From IMG/VR virus record IMGVR_UViG_3300032280_000594: a stretch of DNA of 64,000 nt. One strand, given 5' to 3'. The translations under genes were made by a program, and so were the position numbers. A model generated the notes under the pieces. The model did no database searches. It had not been told where the DNA came from and worked only from the letters and a program-made list of their open reading frames with translations. The stretch is from a virus (taxonomy: Duplodnaviria > Heunggongvirae > Uroviricota > Caudoviricetes). Shown piece by piece: positions 1-10,120 of this stretch. Numbering within the stretch: position 1 is the first letter of the stretch; each line of letters starts with the position of its first letter.

Positions 1-119
1 TCTTGATATGCACTATCTAGTGTATTTTTAAGTTCAACTAAATCCCAGAAAGTTAATGTTTCTATTAGAGAAACTCTTTCAACTGGTGATAAACTAGAAA
101 AGTGTAATATATTCTTCAT
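1..119 (-). CDS. hypothetical protein, first 39 codons only (gene runs off the window start)
   Basis: RC of 1-119 opens with ATG at 119 (MKNILHFSSLSPVERVS...) and has no stop before the window edge; divergent from the + gene at 185. Confidence 0.3.
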   Translation of the reverse strand, partial: MKNILHFSSLSPVERVSLIETLTFWDLVELKNTLDSAYQ

Positions 120-184
120 AATTATTATATGCAAATATATGTAAAAATATTTAAAGATTAAAATTATTTTATTATATTTGCTAT

Positions 185-520
185 ATGAAAACATTTACTC
201 ACACATTTGAAATTTCTGATGAAGCTTATGCGCTTTTACTTTCTATTCAAAAAGAAGGTTACGCAGAGTATAGAGATACTCGTTGGGAATCATTAGAAGA
301 TTTTCGTGCAGATGATGAAACAGGGTTTCGTTCAGAAGATAGTTTTTTAAAACGCAATCACGGTGGTACTTACTACCTAACTTCAGAACTATTAAAATAT
401 AATCTAATAGATCATGTTGAAGATTCTTGGCACATAACTTATGAGCTAACTGATTTTGCCAAAGAAATGTTATCTTTACAAAATATTAGAAATGAGAAAC
501 TTATAGAAATATTAAAATAA
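185..520 (+). CDS. hypothetical acidic protein with FamB-like tail (IRNEKLIEILK)
   Basis: ORF track 111 aa; C-terminus resembles FamB tail. Confidence 0.5.
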   Translation: MKTFTHTFEISDEAYALLLSIQKEGYAEYRDTRWESLEDFRADDETGFRSEDSFLKRNHGGTYYLTSELLKYNLIDHVEDSWHITYELTDFAKEMLSLQNIRNEKLIEILK

Positions 521-525
521 TATAT

Positions 526-726
526 ATGAAACTAAACATTGGTGACTTAGTTATCTTGAAATCAAATCCATTTGAAGTAGGAGAATTTCTTATGTGTGGT
601 GAGAAGTTGATTGTAGATATAAAAGATACTTCTGATCTAACTGGAGCAACTTCGAGCTTATGGGTTATGATAGAAGGTTATAATGATTGGATAGATAGTA
701 CTTGGTTTACAAAAAAAAATAATTAA
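526..726 (+). CDS. hypothetical small protein
   Basis: ORF track 66 aa, tightly packed after previous gene. Confidence 0.4.
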   Translation: MKLNIGDLVILKSNPFEVGEFLMCGEKLIVDIKDTSDLTGATSSLWVMIEGYNDWIDSTWFTKKNN

Positions 727-727
727 T

Positions 728-1069
728 ATGGGATTAACAAAGGCATTAAATAATAGAATACTTTATCATTTACATTTAGAACCAGATGGTAACACCAACT
801 TTAAACATTGTTACGAAGGCTTCATAAGTAAAACACAACCTTGTTATGAAGAAATAATACGTTATCATAAAGAACAAACTGGTAATGATCGATTAGATGC
901 AGTCGTTAGATTGGCAACACCACTTTATATTAAAATACATACGGATAACAATATTATGTTTACTTTATCATTAAATGATAGAGAATTATGTTTCTTAGGT
1001 GAATTAGACTTGAATGCAATATTCAGAACAGAAATTAGAGAATATAATATCGATTATATTTTTGGATAA
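728..1069 (+). CDS. hypothetical protein
   Basis: ORF track 113 aa, 1-nt spacing from upstream gene. Confidence 0.45.
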   Translation: MGLTKALNNRILYHLHLEPDGNTNFKHCYEGFISKTQPCYEEIIRYHKEQTGNDRLDAVVRLATPLYIKIHTDNNIMFTLSLNDRELCFLGELDLNAIFRTEIREYNIDYIFG

Positions 1070-1116
1070 TTTTTAAATAAGTCGTAAATTTGTATTAGAA
1101 ATTTAATATATAATTT

Positions 1117-1419
1117 ATGATGATTGATTTTACTGATTATAAGTATGGAACTAAGTTAAATATGACTTTATCTGATAATATTTCAGATGTTCAAGTTGCG
1201 GCAATTGTTGAAGAAATAGAGTTCGCACCTAATAGAACTCCCTTCTTAGTACATCTTATGTTAGATGAAAGTGAAGATCCTACTAAATGGCCTAATAAAT
1301 CTAAAATTACTTTAGAGGTGAAGTGTGATGAAGAAAAAGAACAAATGTTTATTTTAGATTGTCCCTCAACATTAGGAAGAAAAACACTTCGTTGTAAAGC
1401 AAAAATACATTTAAACTAA
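1117..1419 (+). CDS. hypothetical protein
   Basis: ORF track 100 aa. Confidence 0.45.
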   Translation: MMIDFTDYKYGTKLNMTLSDNISDVQVAAIVEEIEFAPNRTPFLVHLMLDESEDPTKWPNKSKITLEVKCDEEKEQMFILDCPSTLGRKTLRCKAKIHLN

Positions 1420-1489
1420 AATAAGTTCTAAATAGGATAACAACTCTGAGAGGTCGAAAGACAGGAGATATATCTGGTACAGTTTAGAC

Positions 1490-1520
1490 AAAAAAAGAGA
1501 GCTATAGCTCTCTTTTTTTA
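1490..1520. terminator. bidirectional intrinsic terminator between convergent genes
   Basis: A-run, perfect hairpin gagagc-tata-gctctc, then T-run; lies between + gene ending 1419 and - gene ending 1518. Confidence 0.6.
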
Positions 1521-1883
1521 TTTATTTAATCCTTCTGATAATGCTTCATCTACCTTACTCGATAAGTAAACGTGTCCTAAAATACCAAAACCAATTGTTT
1601 TACTTTTTCCTTCAATTGTAATCTCAGTTGTTGAGAATAATATCCAGTTGTTTCTCGTAACAGTTTTATCAACCATGTTAGCAATAATAGCTGTTGCTAT
1701 TGTTATACCAAATGTTTCTCCAATTTCAGATGTAGTTTCTGGTTGGCTTGCTAATTTTTCTTGAATACTTTCAATAAATTTACCTTTTAATACTTGTCTA
1801 TGATCTTCTTGTGAAGGATTACTTAAAAATAATAATAAAGATACTATTGCAGATATAGTAATAATCCAATGTTTTCTTGTCAT
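1518..1883 (-). CDS. membrane-anchored hypothetical protein (N-terminal TM helix)
   Basis: ORF track 121 aa; hydrophobic segment ITISAIVSLLLFL near N-terminus. Confidence 0.5.
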   Translation of the reverse strand: MTRKHWIITISAIVSLLLFLSNPSQEDHRQVLKGKFIESIQEKLASQPETTSEIGETFGITIATAIIANMVDKTVTRNNWILFSTTEITIEGKSKTIGFGILGHVYLSSKVDEALSEGLNK

Positions 1884-1945
1884 AATTTATGTTTTCTTTT
1901 TATATTAAAAAATCATTTTTTGTTTATAAAACTTAATATATACAA

Positions 1946-3242
1946 TATGAAATTAAATGAAGCTAAATTTAGAAGCCCTAAGTGGCTAAGAAACTATGTT
2001 GACTTTGAAGTCAATACTGGTGACGACATTAGTGGTGAACCGTCGAAAAGAAAAGTCGATAAACTTGAAAAAGAAAGACAAGACAAACTTAGAGCAGAAG
2101 CAGCAGCTAAGGCAGCAGCTAAGGCAGCCGCCGATAGAAAAGCTAGAAAAGCTAGAGAAGATCAAGCTAGATATGAAGAGTGGAAGAAACAAGCTAAAAA
2201 ACAGAATGAACAACAGCAGATTGAAAGAGAACTTAATACTCTTTATCAATCAATTATTTCAGACTTTAGTGCTAATCGCTACTCAGATAAAATCAGTACA
2301 CCACAAAGAAATGGAAAAACTGCTTTTTACTATACATTTGAAAATGGTAAGATACTAAAGATTTATAAAAATGCAACAGATAATAGATATTGTTTAGAAT
2401 GGGAGACTACTATTTATACATTAGGAGTTGAATGGTCTTCAAAATTCATATCTTTGGCAAATGAAATTGTTAAAAAAGGTGGTCCTAGACCTCAAAGATC
2501 TGGTTATGATAGATATGATAGCTATGGTAAAGGTTCTTCATCAGGTAGTTCAGGATATAAACAAAGTTCAGGCTCTTCTTCTGGACAAAGAAAAGCAGAT
2601 AATACACCACCGAAATGGAAAGACCATCCGAAAGGAGGAATGTATCAAACTTTAAAAGATACAGTTAAGTTAAGAGAGGAACAATTGAAAAAAGCAACTG
2701 GATCTGACAAAGAAGCTTTAAAGAATGAGTTAGATGCTGCTAAAAGAATGTTAGACAATCTTAATAAAAAATATAACTTTGAAAGTAATATACAAAACTT
2801 TATTCAATTCCATCAAATCTTTGAGAAAAGTAAATTTGTTGAAGTTGATGAGTTTAATGAACTCTTAGACAAGATAAATGACGGTGGTATAACATCTTTA
2901 ACTGATGTAGAAAAGAAAAGATTAGACCTATTCTCAATGGATGATGAACCTATTTTAGATGTAATAGATAGAATGGGAGATTTAACAGCTCAATTTAAAA
3001 TTGTAAATAAAAAGCTAAAAGACTTACAAAGTCAAGGTAAAATAGTAGATGCAAAAAACTTATTTAGAGATGAATGGGGACCTTTAAATGATGAGATGAT
3101 GAAACTTGAGAAAATAATTCTAGAGTATGGAATTGATTTAGGTGATGAAACATTTATGTCAATGATGAATAAACACAGAGCTGATGTTTATGGATATGAT
3201 CCTGATAATGAAGGTAATGACGAATTAGAAATGGATATATAA
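1946..3242 (+). CDS. coiled-coil / low-complexity protein (KAAAKAAA and SSGSSG runs)
   Basis: ORF track 1869..3242; first ATG with plausible N-terminus MKLNEAKF at 1946; Lys/Ala/Glu-rich heptad-like segment and Ser/Gly-rich linker. Confidence 0.5.
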
Positions 3243-3243
3243 T

Positions 3244-3726
3244 ATGAGATACTTAAAAACACTTGAATCATTAAAAGAAGATAAAGAAGAACTTGATCAA
3301 TTTAGAGAAACAATTAAAATGATTTTTGTTGATTTGATTGATGAAGGTTTTTCACCACAAATTCTATTACAACAAAGAGTTAAGTCACGTATAAATGATT
3401 ATACAACTGCTATGGCAAGTAGTTATAATAAATGTAATGTTGTTTATATTAGACTTGTAAGACATAAAGACCAAGATGAAGATGTAGTAGATTTCCAGAG
3501 AACAGTACAGAACAATAAATCAGAAGAGTTTAAACATAAAATAACTGATTGTTTTGAAACACTTCTAGCTTTGTTAGACAGAAGATGGAATGGTGCAAAA
3601 ATTGAAAAGATTGTTAGACAAGACGCAGTTACTGCAAATGATACTTACTTTCATGTGTTAGATGAAAGAGTATGGAGTAGAGACTTTATATCAGTGGCAA
3701 TTACAATTGTTAAAAGCGAAATATAA
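3244..3726 (+). CDS. FamA protein
   Basis: starts MRYLKTLESL; DLIDEGF core variant; TAATATG junction with upstream gene. Confidence 0.6.
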   Translation: MRYLKTLESLKEDKEELDQFRETIKMIFVDLIDEGFSPQILLQQRVKSRINDYTTAMASSYNKCNVVYIRLVRHKDQDEDVVDFQRTVQNNKSEEFKHKITDCFETLLALLDRRWNGAKIEKIVRQDAVTANDTYFHVLDERVWSRDFISVAITIVKSEI

Positions 3727-3727
3727 T

Positions 3728-4120
3728 ATGAGATACTTAAAATTATTTGAAAATAACGAAGATATAAATATTGACAAAGATTACATTGAAATGTGTTTTG
3801 TTGATTTTATTGATGAGAATAACTTTAAACTAATGTTTCATGGGCGACAAAGTAGTCTAACTTGTGAGATCACTATCGATATGTCAGATAGTTCTTTACC
3901 TTCTCCTAGTTCAATAAAGGAATTTACTAAGAGAACCGAAATGAGAAATTATCTATTTAATAGAATTGAAGAGAGTTTATCTAAAGTAAAAATTGAATAC
4001 CCTACAATAAAACATAAAGTAATGGATATGACTGGTGCTGATCAAACAGAAGTTAAAATTATACTATCAGTATCAGAATCATATATATCATATAATCCAT
4101 CAGGATGGTTTCCCATTTAA
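3728..4120 (+). CDS. FamA protein
   Basis: track ORF 3662..4120 trimmed to the internal ATG encoding MRYLKLFENN; same TATAATATGAGATAC junction as 3244. Confidence 0.55.
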   Translation: MRYLKLFENNEDINIDKDYIEMCFVDFIDENNFKLMFHGRQSSLTCEITIDMSDSSLPSPSSIKEFTKRTEMRNYLFNRIEESLSKVKIEYPTIKHKVMDMTGADQTEVKIILSVSESYISYNPSGWFPI

Positions 4121-4166
4121 TTTGTATTTTATTAAACTTTTATCTATTTTTGTATAAAATTCATAT

Positions 4167-4631
4167 ATGAGAGTAGCATTTTTCCACGGCTTAGAGTCGA
4201 AACCCCACAGTGAGAAGAACATAGAATTAGTAAAACATTTTGGTGAATCAAATGTTTATGCACCCGCTATGGACTATCGAGACTCAACTTTATTTGAGAA
4301 AGTCTTAAAAGAAATTAAAGAAAGAGATATACAATTACTTATTGGTTCTTCAATGGGTGGATATTTCGCTTATTTTTTATCCACAATGACTGGTATACCC
4401 ACTTTATTATTCAATCCAGCTATAATAGGTCGATCTTTTGATCCTTATCCTTTACAGAGATTAGGTAATCTACCAGCAAAACACACGGTTGTATTAGGTA
4501 TAAATGATGATGTAATCGATCCAATTGAATCAACTGCTTATTTCATGAATAAAGGTATAGGTGAGTTTGAGTACAATAAGGAAGATATAGGACATAGAAT
4601 TCCTATTGAAATATTTACTAAATACTTATAA
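4167..4631 (+). CDS. alpha/beta hydrolase, YqiA-like esterase
   Basis: N-terminal FFHGLESKP and nucleophile elbow GSSMGG typical of small alpha/beta-fold esterases. Confidence 0.55.
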   Translation: MRVAFFHGLESKPHSEKNIELVKHFGESNVYAPAMDYRDSTLFEKVLKEIKERDIQLLIGSSMGGYFAYFLSTMTGIPTLLFNPAIIGRSFDPYPLQRLGNLPAKHTVVLGINDDVIDPIESTAYFMNKGIGEFEYNKEDIGHRIPIEIFTKYL

Positions 4632-4683
4632 TCGTTTTTATTTCTGAAAAGTATTCCTTATCTTTGTAAAACAAATAAGAGAT

Positions 4684-5397
4684 ATGACAAAAGAGACAAA
4701 AACTGTAGCGACAACCAATTTTACAATCAATCAAAAATTTAATTTTTTAGATAGTTTAACTACAATGGTAGTTGAAAATGTCACTCCATCTATCTTGGTT
4801 TTAGGATCTGGTGGCCTAGGAAAAACTCACTCTGTTACTACAACAATACAAGACAACAACTTAGAAGAGAAAGATTATATATTCATCAAAGGTTATTCAA
4901 CCGCGAGAGGACTTTATAATACTTTATACGATAATAATGGTAAACTAATCATCTTTGACGACTGTGACTCAGTTTTAGATGATAGAGTAGCAATAAACAT
5001 CTTAAAGTCAGCACTTGACTCATACGAAACAAGAACAATCACTTGGTCTGCACGTATGAATAAAGCAGATGTTTATCCACAATCTTTTAACTTTACTGGC
5101 AGAATAATCTTTATCTCTAACAAAGATAAGGCAAAAATTGACGGAGCAATCTTATCAAGAAGTTTAACTGTTGATTTAAGTATGACACCAGACGAGAAAA
5201 TACAAAGAATGGAATACATCTTACCTAACATCTTACCTGACTACGAGTTAGAAGTAAAGAAAGATGCACTTGGTTTCTTGGCAAAGAATAAAGAAAGTGA
5301 TAACTTGAACCTTAGAACATTAATAATGATTTCTAAAATCAGACATTCTTACGAAGATAGTTGGGAAAACTTGGCAACTTATATGATTAATTCATAA
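4684..5397 (+). CDS. P-loop NTPase (AAA-like ATPase)
   Basis: Walker A VLGSGGLGKTHS and Walker B LIIFDDCD. Confidence 0.6.
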   Translation: MTKETKTVATTNFTINQKFNFLDSLTTMVVENVTPSILVLGSGGLGKTHSVTTTIQDNNLEEKDYIFIKGYSTARGLYNTLYDNNGKLIIFDDCDSVLDDRVAINILKSALDSYETRTITWSARMNKADVYPQSFNFTGRIIFISNKDKAKIDGAILSRSLTVDLSMTPDEKIQRMEYILPNILPDYELEVKKDALGFLAKNKESDNLNLRTLIMISKIRHSYEDSWENLATYMINS

Positions 5398-5401
5398 TAA
5401 T

Positions 5402-5647
5402 ATGACAAAACGAGAGGCATATAAAACCTTTACCGTTGAATGTATCGACAACTTTTATGATACGCTTACCGTAGGTAAGTTGTATCAAGTCGGTATTTAT
5501 AATATAATCGAACAAGGTTCTCTAGAAGAAAGTTATCTAATTGAAAATGATTTAGGTTACACAGAATGTTTTTATAGTGATAGCTTTAAAATTATAAACA
5601 AAGCAGAAGAACGTGATATAAAGTTAAAGGAATTATTCAATGAATAG
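5402..5647 (+). CDS. FamB-like small protein
   Basis: 81 aa, C-terminus ERDIKLKELFNE. Confidence 0.5.
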   Translation: MTKREAYKTFTVECIDNFYDTLTVGKLYQVGIYNIIEQGSLEESYLIENDLGYTECFYSDSFKIINKAEERDIKLKELFNE

Positions 5648-5652
5648 AAACT

Positions 5653-6027
5653 ATGATAAATTTTAAATGGAAAACTAAAAAGTCAGACTCTAGAGCAACA
5701 TTCCCTTTAGATGTAATCTATACTCGTAATATAAAATTACTGTTTGGTATTCAAATCGCGGAATATATTCGTGTAGTTACTTATCCTGGTTGTACCAATA
5801 AAAGATTTACATACTCACGAAGAGTACTAACTGATGAAAATCCGTGGAGTCACTTAAAAGATCCAAAGTGGAAAACTGAAATAGCTAGGTCTTTACATTT
5901 ACTTCTTCATAAAGATATAGAAGCAAATGAGATTTTAGAAACAAAATATATTAAAAAGTATTCTTTTTTACAGAAAAACTTCATAGAATTAGAAAGAGAA
6001 AGAAAACTTAAACAATTAGGTATATGA
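5653..6027 (+). CDS. FamB protein
   Basis: ends ERERKLKQLGI; ATGA overlap with next gene. Confidence 0.6.
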   Translation: MINFKWKTKKSDSRATFPLDVIYTRNIKLLFGIQIAEYIRVVTYPGCTNKRFTYSRRVLTDENPWSHLKDPKWKTEIARSLHLLLHKDIEANEILETKYIKKYSFLQKNFIELERERKLKQLGI

Positions 6028-6548
6028 TTTTAACTAAAGAGCAAATATCTGAGAAGAGATTAATTAGTAAAATAATTACTCTTAATAAGGATAATGCAAA
6101 AAAACACCAAAAGTATGACTTTCTAAAAGCTAAGGTAAATACCGGTAAATTCTTTTTATATGAAATTACCGAATCAATAAAAACGGTTGAAGAAGGTTAT
6201 ATAGAACGACTTTACTATCCTAAACTTGGATTACATATTGATGATTATATAGTCGATATGGCAGTTGAAGTTGAATGGGTTGATGTAAGAAGAACTTGGG
6301 AAAACAATACTCAGTATGAGTATATAAGTGAATATGATGGTAAAACATATAAAAGTTGGGCAGATGATGAAAGAACTGAACTAAGAAGCTGTATTTGTTG
6401 GGACGATTCAATGTATGTTTATGGAGTTTGGGATGTTAAACCTACTTGGAAAGAACTAAAACTAGCTTATCAACAAACTCTTTGGTTTGGAAGAACAGAA
6501 CAAGAAATAAGAGATATAAAGTTAAGTAGTATTCTAGGGAAAGTATGA
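6024..6548 (+). CDS. hypothetical protein
   Basis: ORF track 174 aa; ATGA overlaps on both sides. Confidence 0.5.
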   Translation: MILTKEQISEKRLISKIITLNKDNAKKHQKYDFLKAKVNTGKFFLYEITESIKTVEEGYIERLYYPKLGLHIDDYIVDMAVEVEWVDVRRTWENNTQYEYISEYDGKTYKSWADDERTELRSCICWDDSMYVYGVWDVKPTWKELKLAYQQTLWFGRTEQEIRDIKLSSILGKV

Positions 6549-6769
6549 GAGTAAAATGTATAAAAGATTATGATACCGTTGATAAATTAAAAGGATTAAC
6601 CTTAGATACTTATTATCAACTAACTGATATAGATAATATTGGTTATCGAATAATTGACGACTTAGGCAGAAATTTCTGGTATACTAAAGAATGTTTTTAA
6701 CCAATCGAAGAAGCAAGAGATAACATATTAAATAAATTACTAAATGAATTACTAAATGATATTTTTTAA
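6545..6769 (+). pseudogene. FamB member interrupted by an in-frame TAA (6698-6700)
   Basis: ATG at 6545 gives MRVKCIKDYD...GRNFWYTKECF then TAA; same frame continues PIEEARDNILNKLLNELLNDIF, i.e. the FamB tail downstream of the stop. Confidence 0.45.
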
Positions 6770-6782
6770 TAATACCGGAGAA

Positions 6783-7100
6783 ATGATTGACGTTCTTATA
6801 GAGGAAACGGCTTTTAAACCATCAATCTATACTAAAGTTGGTGAGTTCTTAGCTCAAGATATATTTGATGTACTTATAGAAGAAAAACCGGGTTTGAATG
6901 ATTATGATACCGTAAAGATAACAAGAATTATTGAAAAGGTATCATCTATGACTTGGAACTCTTCAGTTTATGAAGAGAAATATCATCAGGTACATATATC
7001 TTGTACTCATGATGGCTTTATGGTAGGTGGATCAGAATATATTGAAGATTTACCTCAAAAGATTAGACAAAGAAAATTAGAAAAGATTTTAAACAATTAA
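6783..7100 (+). CDS. hypothetical protein with FamB-like tail (IRQRKLEKILNN)
   Basis: track ORF 6756..7100; internal ATG at 6783 avoids overlap with the upstream pseudogene. Confidence 0.45.
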   Translation: MIDVLIEETAFKPSIYTKVGEFLAQDIFDVLIEEKPGLNDYDTVKITRIIEKVSSMTWNSSVYEEKYHQVHISCTHDGFMVGGSEYIEDLPQKIRQRKLEKILNN

Positions 7101-7170
7101 AATTATTAAACAACAACTGATAAACCATTGATTTTACCGATACTACCAGAATCGAAACAACAATAAAATC

Positions 7171-7200
7171 AAAATGTCGATGGCCGACATTTATATATTT
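7171..7200 (+). terminator. putative intrinsic terminator
   Basis: hairpin atgtcg-atggc-cgacat followed by T-rich run, 70 nt after stop of 6783..7100. Confidence 0.35.
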
Positions 7201-7318
7201 ATTAGTTATATATCATGATGTTACATGTTTTTGAAATTACTAAACTTATTTAAAATATTAAATTATTACTTTGATAAATCTATTTTTATTGATACATTTG
7301 TATTTTAATATATAAATT

Positions 7319-7735
7319 ATGCGTGTCCTATTCACAGACATAGACGGAGTTCTAAATCCACATTGGAAAACAAAGTGGAGTAAGATAGCTATCAATCAAT
7401 ATAACAAGGTTTGTAAAGACTTTAACCTAACTCCTGTAATAACTTCTACCTGGCGATTAAATCACACCTTAGAAGAGCTACAAGAGATTTTTACTAAACA
7501 AGGTATAACAACTCCAATCTATGATTTTACACCTCATATCGACCAAGCTGATAGAGGAATAGAAATAAAAGAATGGTTGAATAATAATGTTGTTGATAAC
7601 TTTGTTATAATAGATGATAAAACTTCCGATATAGAACGACATATAAATAATGTGGTGAAGTGTCGAAGCTGGATAGGTTTATCACCAGACGAATATAATG
7701 AAATTAAAAATATATTAGATGAAAGTAATTTGTAA
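7319..7735 (+). CDS. HAD-superfamily hydrolase
   Basis: N-terminal motif I FTDIDGVL, motif III-like IIDDK. Confidence 0.55.
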   Translation: MRVLFTDIDGVLNPHWKTKWSKIAINQYNKVCKDFNLTPVITSTWRLNHTLEELQEIFTKQGITTPIYDFTPHIDQADRGIEIKEWLNNNVVDNFVIIDDKTSDIERHINNVVKCRSWIGLSPDEYNEIKNILDESNL

Positions 7736-7946
7736 CATAGGATATGAAGCTACTCACAAATGTGAGACTGGACCCGTTAGAATTATCTTTGAGAAAGGTA
7801 AAGTTTATAATACCTTATCAGAGTATGATAATTGTTATCTATTCTTAATAAATCACGACATTTATATTATAAAGAAACTTTACTTTTTGACATTAGAAGA
7901 AACTTTTAAGAGAAAGAAGTTCTCATTTAATAAACAGTTTAGATAG
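7719..7946 (+). CDS. hypothetical small protein, FamB-like N-terminus (MKVICNIGYE)
   Basis: ORF track 75 aa; lacks canonical tail. Confidence 0.3.
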   Translation: MKVICNIGYEATHKCETGPVRIIFEKGKVYNTLSEYDNCYLFLINHDIYIIKKLYFLTLEETFKRKKFSFNKQFR

Positions 7947-8838
7947 ACTTTTGTCCAGATAAAAATATATCTATATAAGATACTCTACGAATTGGTTGAC
8001 TATCTAATTCCTGTTCAAAGTCATCCTTGATATAGTGAAAAGTATCTTCACCTAGAAATCTAATCTTTTCAATGTCATATTTTCTTTCTAATCTAATAAC
8101 AAAAGGAATGATTTGATCTTTAACTTCACTCCAAAAGAAATCTTCTCTTTCCTTTTTAGTCATACATATATTTATATTATGAAATGATGGGTTAGGTACT
8201 AAAGTCTTACCACCCTTACCAACCGTATTTTCTCCAAGATTTTGACCAATTCTTATTTTGAAACCTTCATCCATAAGATAAGCTAAGTTAGTCTCACAAT
8301 ACTCTTTGAGCTCATTCTTTTGATCTCTCGACCATCTATCAAAACCTTCTTCTACCTTTGAAATAGGTAATCTCATTATCTTTATACGTATTTCCTCAAA
8401 AATCTGGCTACGTGGATTATTATAAGAATTCCAATTATAATAATGAGGATCTCTTTTCTCATCTAATAAATCCTTTATTCTTGCAGCACCTTCTCTAGTG
8501 TATGACAAACTACTGCCTAAACGTTCAGTAAAAAATGTAACCACCGCAATAGTATACCTTCTATCTAACATAATCAAATAAGGTAACATATAATCTTTTA
8601 TTTGATTCCAAGTAAACTGTTCTTTATCTAAATTAGGATCACGACCAGTATAAAAAGGTGTATCACCTTTTCTAATTCTAATTACTTCATAAACATCAGA
8701 TGTAAAATCACCGGAGTTGACCTGGAATTTAAAACCATCATCCGTAAGATAAGCCAAATAATCATTAGTAAAATCCAATAACTCTTCAGTCCTATCTGGT
8801 TGTTCCCACTTCTCTTCAAATAACTTTATATACTTCAT
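7939..8838 (-). CDS. FamA protein, tandem two-domain member
   Basis: MKYIKLFEE leader; two copies of the core (NDYLAYLTDDGF...WNQIKDYMLPYL and YCETNLAYLMDEGF...WSEVKDQIIPFV). Confidence 0.65.
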   Translation of the reverse strand: MKYIKLFEEKWEQPDRTEELLDFTNDYLAYLTDDGFKFQVNSGDFTSDVYEVIRIRKGDTPFYTGRDPNLDKEQFTWNQIKDYMLPYLIMLDRRYTIAVVTFFTERLGSSLSYTREGAARIKDLLDEKRDPHYYNWNSYNNPRSQIFEEIRIKIMRLPISKVEEGFDRWSRDQKNELKEYCETNLAYLMDEGFKIRIGQNLGENTVGKGGKTLVPNPSFHNINICMTKKEREDFFWSEVKDQIIPFVIRLERKYDIEKIRFLGEDTFHYIKDDFEQELDSQPIRRVSYIDIFLSGQKSI

Positions 8839-9254
8839 TTCTTCTTATCATTTATTGTTATAGAGATTTTATCGATCATCAAATATTTCAAATCTTCTTC
8901 ATCAAATAAATCTTGTAATGAATAACAAATACCACTCATACTTTCATCATATATTACATACGGTTTATTTGACCTATTACGTGATGAATCCTCTAATTCA
9001 TAACGTCTTTCCAATAGTTGTAAAAATGGTAAAACCTTATCCTTTATTAAATCCCAAGAAACATTCTCATCATTTTCGATACTTATGTTTATACATTTAC
9101 TATATCCTTTGTGCCAAATTTTAAAATCTATTTCCCAACCTTCATCAACTAAATAAGCTAACGATTGTTCAGTAAAATCTTTTACTTCATCTAAAAGATT
9201 ATCGTAATACAATTCAACATCTTTCCAACCTTCAAATAAATTTATATATCTCAT
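8835..9254 (-). CDS. FamA protein
   Basis: MRYINLFEG; QSLAYLVDEGW; WDLIKDKVLPFL; ATGA overlaps. Confidence 0.65.
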   Translation of the reverse strand: MRYINLFEGWKDVELYYDNLLDEVKDFTEQSLAYLVDEGWEIDFKIWHKGYSKCINISIENDENVSWDLIKDKVLPFLQLLERRYELEDSSRNRSNKPYVIYDESMSGICYSLQDLFDEEDLKYLMIDKISITINDKKK

Positions 9255-9643
9255 TCTTTAACTATTATTGTTATCATAAGGATCATATTATTGGTAAGAT
9301 ACTGATCTGCTTCACCACTTAAAAGTTCTTCTATATCTTTTCTAGTATCATATTGGTATTGTCTTCCACCATTTTGATGAAATACTATTTCTAAAATTCT
9401 ATACTGTTTATTCAACATATAAATAAATGGTGAGAACTTATCCTCAATCTCTTCCCAAGTGAAATTCCATTGAGACATCCTACCCGAACGCTTAACTATT
9501 GCAATCTTTGTACAACCACCACCGTAATTATGTGAATCATATGTACTAATCTCAAACCCATCATCCATAAGATAAGCTAAGTGGTCCTCAGTAAATTCAA
9601 GTACATTGTCTTTAAATGCTTCAAATAACTTTATATATCTCAT
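9251..9643 (-). CDS. FamA protein
   Basis: MRYIKLFEAF; DHLAYLMDDGF; WEEIEDKFSPFI. Confidence 0.65.
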   Translation of the reverse strand: MRYIKLFEAFKDNVLEFTEDHLAYLMDDGFEISTYDSHNYGGGCTKIAIVKRSGRMSQWNFTWEEIEDKFSPFIYMLNKQYRILEIVFHQNGGRQYQYDTRKDIEELLSGEADQYLTNNMILMITIIVKE

Positions 9644-10104
9644 AAATAAAATAATATATTTATTTGTGTTATGTATCTCTCATATTGAAAGTTATATGGA
9701 TTCTGTAATCCTCTATTTACTATGGTAATAACAACACGATCAACACTACCCTTAGTACTACTATAATGGCTCAATAGATTAGCAGCATCACTAACCTGAC
9801 TTATAAGTTTATTCTCTTTATCAGTAAAAGGTAAATTCCTATCTCTTTCTGTCGTAATAACATGATCAAAATTCCTACCTGATATAGTTATCGTACCCTG
9901 TCTATAATTCTTTGAATGTTCATCAAATACTGCTATATATTGATCGTCTGATAATGAAGAAGTAATATCTTTCACTAACTGAATTATTGTCTTACCAGTC
10001 TCATTGTAACCTCTCAATTCAAATCCATCATCAAATAAATCAACACAACATAATTCAATGTTGTCTTGTGTTATTGATTCGTTAAATGGTTTTAGGTATT
10101 TCAT
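9640..10104 (-). CDS. FamA protein
   Basis: track ORF 9640..10170 trimmed to internal start MKYLKPFNES (ATG at 10104). Confidence 0.55.
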   Translation of the reverse strand: MKYLKPFNESITQDNIELCCVDLFDDGFELRGYNETGKTIIQLVKDITSSLSDDQYIAVFDEHSKNYRQGTITISGRNFDHVITTERDRNLPFTDKENKLISQVSDAANLLSHYSSTKGSVDRVVITIVNRGLQNPYNFQYERYITQINILFYL

Positions 10105-10120
10105 AAAACTATATATTATT

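Noticed and set aside
1986-2358. Track ORFs 1986..2249(-), 1996..2358(+), 2428..2655(+) inside the 1946..3242 gene
   Set aside because: Low-complexity out-of-frame shadows of a Lys/Ala/Glu-rich coding region; no independent signals
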